Assembly: GCA_000388065.2 (NCBI GenBank)
Contig: KB932201.1
Strand: one strand, 5' to 3'
Length of the DNA: 6,475 nt
Source: Fonticula alba ATCC 38817
Taxonomy: Eukaryota > Protista > Nucleariida
Positions 1 to 6,437 of the stretch are shown here, in pieces. Made by a program: the position numbers and the translations under genes. Each line of letters starts with the position of its first letter. Within the stretch, counting starts at the first letter, position 1. The notes below the pieces were generated by a model, which was given only the letters and a program-made list of their open reading frames with translations, ran no database searches and had not been told where the DNA came from.

Positions 1-37
1 CTCCCTCCCCTCCCTCCCTCCTCCTCCTCCTCCTCAG
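1..37 (+). other. 3' end of spliceosomal intron (polypyrimidine tract and CAG acceptor) of PDHB
   Basis: Positions 1-35 are pure C/T (CTC repeats), followed by AG at 36-37, directly before the in-frame PDHB motif. Confidence 0.85.
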
Positions 38-182
38 CTTCGACTACCTTGATGCCCCGATTGAGCGCGTCACCCAGGCCGACGTTCCCATGCCCTATGC
101 CGTCCCTCTGGAGAACCTCACCAACCCCGACTCCAACCTGATTGTCAAGGTTGCCCTCAAGACCATGAACAAGCAGGCCTAA
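38..182 (+). CDS. PDHB: Pyruvate dehydrogenase E1 beta subunit, terminal exon (gene partial, 5' part outside window)
   Basis: After a pyrimidine tract and CAG (35-37), one base completes a split codon. Codons from 39 read FDYLDAPIERVTQADVPMPYAVPLENLTNPDSNLIVKVALKTMNKQA, then TAA at 180-182. This matches the PDH E1-beta C-terminal signature FDYLDAP(V/I)xRVTGADVPMPYA better than the BCKDH E1-beta form. Codons are strongly C/G-ending. Confidence 0.92.
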
Positions 183-194
183 GTGCCTGCACAA

Positions 195-255
195 ATGTAT
201 GCATGTATACATGTGCGCGCGCGCGCATCATGCGCGCCCGTGCACGTACGCATGC
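195..255. repeat. Alternating purine-pyrimidine tract (perfect over 195-228, includes (GC)6)
   Basis: ATGTATGCATGTATACATGTGCGCGCGCGCGCAT followed by two shorter RY runs, just after the PDHB stop. Confidence 0.85.
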
Positions 256-519
256 TATCTTCCGGTGGGCTGAGGGAGCGGCAGGGGGGATGATGGCCCG
301 TTCATGCTCCCCCTCCCAGGCCCCAATCCGAAAGAGGCAAAGGGAGGGCCTCTGTTTGCCCTTCAGGCTTTGCCCCTTCCTGTCCTTGGCCTGGCCTCGT
401 TTCACAAACCGTCCAGGACCATATCTCCCCTCTCCGTCCGACGGCCAACTGTGGAACCGCAGGCGCGTCCCCTCCCGCTCGCTCCCCCCATATGCCTCTT
501 CCACGCGCATGTCCTTCAA

Positions 520-525
520 AATAAA
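520..525 (+). promoter_or_regulatory. Candidate polyadenylation signal (AATAAA) for PDHB
   Basis: AATAAA in an A-rich patch about 340 nt after the PDHB stop, within the convergent intergenic region. Use of this signal in this organism is unproven. Confidence 0.4.
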
Positions 526-732
526 AACACTTCCCAAGAGAGACACCCACCCTTGTATTGCCGATGCGCGGGCATCTGCCACCATATGCCACAGAAGCGA
601 GGAGGATGGTCCAGGAGAGAAGTTGGAAACGCATGGGCCCCTTCTTCTTTTCTTCTTTTTTTTTTTCTTGCCTTCTTTCCTCCCCTCCTCGTCCCTCCTC
701 CTGGGGCCTGGGAGAGAGGGACCAGGGTGTCC

Positions 733-3700
733 TCACAATGAGGGCCCCGGCGGCTGGAGGATATTCCCCCCACGGGCGATCTGCATCAGTAGAGCACGAT
801 CATCATGCGTCAGGTGCTCCCGGATGAGCTGATCCAGCGGCAGCGCCGATTCGGGCATTCGTTGGCTGGGTCGCCCCTGCTGGTTAGAAAGATGGACATC
901 GTGGTGGACAAGGTGACTGTGTAGGGGCCCAGGAGGGAGGGGGGCATGACGTACCGGGAGAATAGGAGCGACACGTCTGCCGGCTCGATGGTCTTGCGTT
1001 TCGCGTGCCGTGCATAGCCGGCCAGGTCGCCGGCGACTTGGTCGAAAAATTGCCGCGAACTAAGGCCCAGGGGGAGGGGGGAGGAAGTCAGAAAACTTCC
1101 CGCAAACGGAGGAGAGGCATGCGCACACCCACATTGGAATAGGTGAAACAGAGAAAGGGGGAGAGAAGGAGAGAGAGAGGGAGGGAGAGAGAGAGAGAGA
1201 GAGAGAGAGGCAGGCCATGATCCACACGCACGCGCCCATCAACAGTTGGCGCGCCTCCAAAGTCAAGCGCATGGATGTCACCTCGCCGAAGAGTGCCTGC
1301 GCCAACGATGGTGGAACGGGATTCGGCCCGGGGAGGGCGGGCACTTCGGAGTCTGGCGGTCCTGACGGCGGTGGGGGCGGCGCCGGGGGTAGCGCCGACG
1401 CCGACCGAGAGGGGCCGGTCTGCGATGATGAGTGCCGCCCTCGGCCACCGGTCGCCAATGTTCCCGGCACACCAAGCGGGAAGCGCAATGCATTGAGTGA
1501 CGAGGCTCTCGGGGCAGCGGACGAAGGTGTCTCCTGTGTGGAGAAGCCATCAACAACGCTGCCATTGGTGCGAATGGCCCGGGCAAGGGCGAAAGGCGCG
1601 GCCAGACGCACGGCCAGAGCCGGCGGCGGTGGCGGTGGCTGCCGCACACTGCTCCCACCAATGGCCATATCGTCCGGGTGTGTGGCAGCGCCATTCAGGT
1701 TGACGACACCGCCCGGCCGCCTGGGGCCACTGACCAGCGATTGGACAAGCCGGCCAAGCGAGCCGGCCTCTAACCCCGGAGCCAGGGGCATGGGGAAGAA
1801 GGTGGCTGGAGGCTGGATGGTGGCCCAGCCAGGGCTGGGGATGGCTTTCCGCTCGGCAAAGCTGACCCCTTCATCAAAGCTACCAAAGGGAGCCGGGGCA
1901 CCATCATCGAAGGGGGGAGTCTCACCGAATGACTGGGGGGCCGGGTCCATGAGTGAGAGACCATCGGTCGAAGCCAAGGGCCCCATGCTGCTAGCCTCAC
2001 TGGGATCACTGTAGGTGCTGCTTTCCAGAGGGGGGATCTCCTCAAAGAGCGATGCATCCGCCGGAGGGGAGGCAGGTGGGTCGGAATGCTGGACACTGGT
2101 CGGCGCCGGATCAAATGACACGGACAGCGAAAGGGATGGCGGCTCGGAGACCAGACCTGCATCGGGCGGAAAGAGCAGGTCCATGCGCCGGAGGGAGGCC
2201 GGGCTCATGCCGGCCTACACGACGCTCTTCCGATCTCGGCGCCGGATCAAATGACACGGACAGCGAAAGGGATGGCGGCTCGGAGACCAGACCTGCATCG
2301 GGCGGAAAGAGCAGGTCCATGCGCCGGAGGGAGGCCGGGCTCATGCCGGCCCGATCGCCGAGGCCCAGGCCGAGCCCCGGCGCCAGCGGCCCGAAGAGCG
2401 ATAGATCGAGCCCTGGCGGGGCGGGGCCATCCTGAACCCCGGGCTGTGCCGGGCGTCGGCCGGGGCCAAGTGTCTCCGGGGTGGCCGTCGCCACGAAGGA
2501 GGGAATGTCCTCGGTACCGAGCATCGGCAGGTCACTGGTATCGTGAGTGGCCCACCAGCTGTCATCCAGGCCGCGAAGCAGTCGCCGCCCGGCCGATGAG
2601 GGGGTTTGCTGGCCGGGCAGACGGACGATTGAGATGGCAGCTGAGGCCGCTCGGCCGGCGGCGATGGCGGCAGCAACCGCGGCATTCACGCCGCCCGGCT
2701 GGTCAAGCCCTGGGATCGGCGTGGTCGGAGCCGAGACAATGCCCGTCGTCGGGGTGATCGGCGGGGGGATGCCTGCTTCCAGAGAGGAGGGCGGGGTTAG
2801 GGGGGGACCGGCGGTGCCGGTGGCCGGGCGCGGGCGCTTGCTCTGAGGTGCGTCGGCTGGGCCGGCCAACTGGCGCTTTGGCGTGACCGGTGGTGAGCCG
2901 GAGGCGGCGGCGGGAAGTGGCAGCCGGGCTGGCGGCCGAGGATCGAGGGAGAAGCTGGAAATCTCCTCCCACACAAAGGCCGAGACATCGAGCTCGGTGT
3001 CGGTCAGCGTGGAGACGCTCAAGTCGGCATCAGGATGGGCGGCAGTCCGAGGGAACAGGTGGTCCAGACGCTGGAAGGCTGCTGCCGAGAAGACCGACGC
3101 CGCGCGGCGCGCCGGGCTGGTGGACTGCTTGGGCGGGGTGTCAACTGCCAAACGGGGGGCCGGCCTCGGCGATGTAGAAGGGGGAGCCGTAGGAGTGGCC
3201 CGAGAAAGTGGGACATCAGCAAGGGCAGCTGGTGGTGGTGGTGGCGGTGGTGGTGGCGGCAGTGCGGTTGGCAGGGTGCCGGGGGGGGGAGGGGGGGGCG
3301 GTTGGGCCAGGGCGGCGGCTGCCACGGCAGCCGCCACATTCAGCGACCGGTAGATCAGCGGTCGGGCCAATGGCGCAGGACGAGCTGCGGCACTCGGGGC
3401 CGAGATGACAGGGGGGCTGATGAGCGGGACCGGGGCGGCCGGGGCGGCCGGAGCGGCCGGGGCAGTTGGGGCCACAGTTGCAGGGGTTCCTGGCGCCGAG
3501 GCAAGGAATGAAATGTCCGGCATGTCATCCTCACCTTGGAGCTGGAGAAAGATCCCACGCGGCGTGGCTCCATTCAGCAGGCCGGCAGAGGCGGCCACCG
3601 GAGTCGCCGGCGGTGGTCGAAAAACCGACGGAGAGAGGGGTTCAGGAAAGCCATCGTCCCCGGCAGGAGCAGGGTCCGTCACCGGTGGCCCGCGGCTCAT
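733..3700 (-). CDS. CENPT: Centromere protein T (CENP-T/Cnp20/Cnn1-like): long disordered N-terminus plus C-terminal histone fold. Exons 3700-1232 (less a 136-bp artefact), 1059-955, and (916 or 879)-733
   Basis: The spliced C-terminus reads VPPSLAQALFGEVTSMRLTLEARQLLMGA|SRQFFDQVAGDLAGYARHAKRKTIEPADVSLLFSR|...QGRPSQRMPESALPLDQLIREHLTHDDRALLMQIARGGNILQPPGPSL*. This fits the CENP-T histone fold (FFxQxxxDLxAYAxHAxRKTIxxxDVxLLxxRQG) and its C-terminal extension (LxxLIxxHL...A..GN). ORFs 2111-3700 and 1060-2208 join in frame when the adapter and duplicate are removed. The start codon is uncertain because the frame stays open from 3700 up to the gap at 3787. Confidence 0.8.
1060..1231 (-). other. 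Spliceosomal intron (172 nt, phase 2) in CENP-T
   Basis: Donor GTGCGT at 1231, CTGAC branch-like motif, C-rich tract and TAG acceptor at 1062-1060. Removal joins GC+T (Ala) and continues the histone fold in frame. Confidence 0.85.
1185..1208. repeat. (GA)12 microsatellite within a longer purine-rich tract (about 1149-1210), intronic
   Basis: Read directly from the sequence; lies inside the CENP-T intron. Confidence 0.95.
2101..2351. repeat. Exact 115-bp direct duplication (2101-2215 = 2237-2351), assembly artefact
   Basis: Two identical copies offset by 136 bp, separated by Illumina adapter sequence. Confidence 0.95.
2214..2236 (+). other. Illumina TruSeq/paired-end adapter contamination
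   Basis: CCTACACGACGCTCTTCCGATCT is the 3' 23 nt of the Illumina Read 1 adapter/primer ACACTCTTTCCCTACACGACGCTCTTCCGATCT. Its reverse complement gives the RSEERRV peptide in ORF 2111-3700. Confidence 0.98.
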
Positions 3701-3786
3701 CCGGGCAAAGGGAGGACGGGAGGCGCCAGCGTAGAAACAGGGGGAATGTAACGAGGGAGCGAGGGGGGGGGGTCGAGAGGGGGAGG

Positions 3787-4101
3787 NNNNNNNNNNNNNN
3801 NNNNNNNNNNNNNNNNNNNNNNNNNNNNNNNNNNNNNNNNNNNNNNNNNNNNNNNNNNNNNNNNNNNNNNNNNNNNNNNNNNNNNNNNNNNNNNNNNNNN
3901 NNNNNNNNNNNNNNNNNNNNNNNNNNNNNNNNNNNNNNNNNNNNNNNNNNNNNNNNNNNNNNNNNNNNNNNNNNNNNNNNNNNNNNNNNNNNNNNNNNNN
4001 NNNNNNNNNNNNNNNNNNNNNNNNNNNNNNNNNNNNNNNNNNNNNNNNNNNNNNNNNNNNNNNNNNNNNNNNNNNNNNNNNNNNNNNNNNNNNNNNNNNN
4101 N
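3787..4101. other. Assembly gap (315 N)
   Basis: Run of N. The left flank is a G-rich low-complexity tract. True gap length is unknown, so ORFs spanning it are unsupported. Confidence 0.99.
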
Positions 4102-4849
4102 CCCGATGCAGCTGGACTGGCGGGGAGGGCGGGGCCGGGCGTGGTCACGGACTGGCGCCCCAGGCACACGGGGGCTGGGGCCGGGCCGATCTGGCCTATG
4201 TGCGGCGCGCCTTTGTGTGCGAGCATGGCGGCGGGCCCCGCGCGGCGCCTTGGTGCGTGAGCTGGCCAGGGCTCGCGCGGGCGCGCCTAGTCTCGGGGCC
4301 CCAGCCTGGTTGAAAAATAACAATACCGGCCGTGCCCCAAGCTCGAGGCTCCCGCCCTGGGGGCTGGGCAGGGTGTGGCAGGCCGGGCGGTGTGGGAGGT
4401 GGGGGGGGAGGCGTACCAAGGTCTGGGCCGGTGCTTTCTCCGGCTCACCTGCCCCCCTTCACGGTCCTACCCTCCGTCAACAGCACGCTGGCAGGCGCCC
4501 GGCGGGGCTTTTGTCCGCACCCTGAAGGGCCAGCGGGCCAGGTCTCCAACCCGCCGAGATGTTGGGCTAAACCTGTTGTCGTTCCTCCCCGCTCAGCAAC
4601 ATCTCCTTTCCCAAAATCCACCTTCATTGTATCTCCTCCAAAACCCCTGCCGCTGCCCCTCCCCCTCCGTCCATTTGCCTCTCTACCCAGCTCGCCCTCC
4701 TCTCCCTCCTCGCCCTCCTCCATGCCCCCTTCTCTGTCCGCCTCATCCTCCCTCTTCGCCCCTCACGACCACACCTCTGGCCGTGCGCCTTTTGTGCTCC
4801 ACCCTCCTGGCTGACCTGGCTGCTTTCGCTTTGTGCTCCCCTTCACCAG

Positions 4850-5594
4850 ATGTCGGCAGCTCTCAAGGCTCGCAACCTCATCGCCGTCATCGGTGACCAT
4901 GTATGTTCTCGCGCTTGTGTCCCGTGTCTGGAGAGGGAAGGGGGATTTCTCCGGCTTCACATATCTCCCTGTCTTCGCATCTGACCCCTGCTACGCCCCT
5001 CCCCTCTAGGATACCGTGACCGGTATGCTGCTTGCCGGCGCCGGCAACGTCGACATCAACAACAACTCCAACTTCCTGGTTGTCTCCTCCAGTGCGTGTC
5101 ACGCCTCCGGGCTTGTTTCCTCCTTCAGCGCATGGGGGGCATGTGCCTGCGGGACATACACCTTTGGTGCTCACCACGTTTCCCTTTCCCCCGCATGCAG
5201 AGACCCCTGTCGACGAGATCGAGAAGGCCTTCAACAAGTTCACCACTCGCCGCGACATCTCGGTTGTCCTCATTACCCAGCCCGTGCGTGTGCTGGTCCC
5301 GTTTGCGTCCCCCCGCACTCCTCTTCGCCCTTGATAACGCCTTTCGCCCCGCTCCTTCTCCCCTCCCTCTCCCCCCCCCCCTCCCCACACACACATACAC
5401 TTGTGCACGCGTCTGATCCTCTTTCCTCCCCTCCTCGACGTCCCCAACAGGTCGCCGAGGATATCCGCTACCTGGTGGACAAGTACGACCGCCCGATCCC
5501 CGCCGTCCTGGAGATCCCCAGCAAGGAGACCCCCTACGACCCCTCCAAGGATTCCATTATGCGTCGTGCCCAGAGCATGATCAGCTCCGACTAA
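4850..5594 (+). CDS. ATP6V1F: V-type proton ATPase subunit F (V1 sector), 119 aa; exons 4850-4900, 5010-5091, 5201-5283, 5451-5594
   Basis: Spliced product: MSAALKARNLIAVIGDH|DTVTGMLLAGAGNVDINNNSNFLVVSS K|TPVDEIEKAFNKFTTRRDISVVLITQP|VAEDIRYLVDKYDRPIPAVLEIPSKETPYDPSKDSIMRRAQSMISSD*. It carries the subunit F/Vma7 motifs IAVIGDxDTVTGxLLAG and PAVLEIPSKxxPYDPxKDSI. Three GT-AG introns (4901-5009, 5092-5200, 5284-5450) have CTGAC/CTCAC/CTGAT branch-like motifs and consistent phases 0, 1, 0. Confidence 0.97.
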
Positions 5595-5670
5595 GTGGGG
5601 CCGCCGAAGGCGGAAGAGGGCGGGAACTTACTCCATATCCGCTCTCCTGCCTGCCACGAGTATGACTTAG

Positions 5671-5721
5671 GTACATACACACACGCATATATATATATAT
5701 GTGTATATATGTGCACGCATG
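5671..5721. repeat. 51-nt perfect alternating purine-pyrimidine tract including (AT)7
   Basis: GTACATACACACACGCATATATATATATATGTGTATATATGTGCACGCATG, read directly, in the V-ATPase F 3' region. Confidence 0.9.
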
Positions 5722-5753
5722 AACATGCTTCCCCACCGCATCCCCAGACCTCA

Positions 5754-5759
5754 AATAAA
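5754..5759 (+). promoter_or_regulatory. Candidate polyadenylation signal (AATAAA) for V-ATPase F
   Basis: AATAAA in the A-rich patch AAATAAATATAAAT, about 160 nt after the stop. Confidence 0.5.
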
Positions 5760-5866
5760 TATAAATCACAAACAACACCATACAAAGGGACGAAGCGCGG
5801 TGGCGCTCCCCTCTTTTGATCGTCGATGTTCATTTTCCGTGTCCACTTCACCGGAGGAGATGTGGC

Positions 5867-6437
5867 TCACTGTTGGATGGGCTCGCGCTGGCGACCGCAC
5901 CAGTCTTGGTGGGCATGGGCCAGGATCCGAGCAGTTTGATCCTTGATGGAGTAAGACCGGACAATGGGGCAGAGGGGGGGGGGAGGGGAGTCCGATGTGG
6001 GTCAGCAATGGATTGAGCAACAGGAGGAGGATGATGCTGCCCCACTTGGGCACGTACCTTGGAGAAGACGAACCCCCGAGCAGGCTCCTCGGTGTTGGGG
6101 ACGTAGCTGTTGCTGGGCTTCCCCTCGATGGTCTTGTAGTCGCGATACCACTCGATGACACGCTGGATGATCTCCGGCGGGACATCGTCCACCGTGTGCA
6201 GGGTATGGTGGTTGAGCTTGGCAGTATGCTGTTCAAGGAGGCTGTCAGCCGTGGCGTCACTTGCGACGGGGGCCGGCTGGCTGGCCTGCGGCTCGTCCAG
6301 ACGAATGCAAAGAACCTTCCAATCACACTCGCCCTGGTCTACGAGACCGATGGCCCCGAGGACCCGGACATTGCAGACGGCACCAATCGGGAACGGCTCG
6401 AAAGACAGCTCAACCAGATCAATCGGGTCACCATCAC
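5867..6437 (-). CDS. PPA: Soluble inorganic pyrophosphatase (family I), last two exons 6437-6058 and 5941-5867 (gene partial, 5' part outside window)
   Basis: Exon 6437-6058 reads (G)DGDPIDLVELSFEPFPIGAVCNVRVLGAIGLVDQGECDWKVLCIRLDEP...LHTVDDVPPEIIQRVIEWYRDYKTIEGKPSNSYVPNTEEPARGFVFSK. It contains the family I signatures DxDPxD, DxGExDWK and EW(F/Y)RxYK..GK..N. An intron at 6057-5942 (GTACGT, CTGAC, AAG; 116 nt, phase 0) leads to DQTARILAHAHQDWCGRQREPIQQ*, which fits the terminal 'II...H..W' helix. The paralog (cytosolic, mitochondrial or other) cannot be assigned. Confidence 0.92.

Noticed and set aside
157-832. ORFs in the PDHB/CENP-T convergent intergenic region
   Set aside because: They are low-complexity translations of RY and poly-T tracts with no family motifs.
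955-1059. Assignment of the histone fold to CENP-S/MHF1 or histone H4
   Set aside because: The core DLxxYARHAKRKTI motif is shared with CENP-S. However, the very long disordered N-terminus and the LxxLIxxHL...GN extension fit CENP-T, whereas CENP-S and H4 are small proteins. Not computationally confirmed.
2111-2236. C-terminal tail RSEERRVGRHEPGL... of the 529-aa ORF
   Set aside because: It is translation of the adapter followed by the out-of-frame duplicate.
2101-2351. Repeat-spacer-repeat read as a CRISPR-like unit, transposon footprint, programmed frameshift or editing site
   Set aside because: The spacer is an exact Illumina adapter match and the copies are 100% identical, so it is a technical artefact.
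1217-3751. Many long plus-strand ORFs (for example 1217-2014, 2251-2757, 2883-3353, 3035-3511)
   Set aside because: These are antisense shadows of a GC-rich coding exon, which is poor in stop codons, and show no recognisable motifs.
4365-4410. G-run cluster as a regulatory G-quadruplex
   Set aside because: G/C runs are ubiquitous in this window, so there is no evidence of specific enrichment.
3466-4419. ORFs spanning the N run (3466-4260, 3642-4226, 3697-4419)
   Set aside because: Frame continuity across a gap of unknown true length is meaningless.
4901-5200. Two V-ATPase F introns of identical length (109 nt)
   Set aside because: There is no obvious sequence similarity between them, and the length is typical of introns in this window, so it is likely coincidence.
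5016-5594. 192-aa ORF as an intronless V-ATPase F variant
   Set aside because: It starts mid-gene, reads through two introns and has conserved exon 3 out of frame. The spliced model gives the canonical 119 aa.
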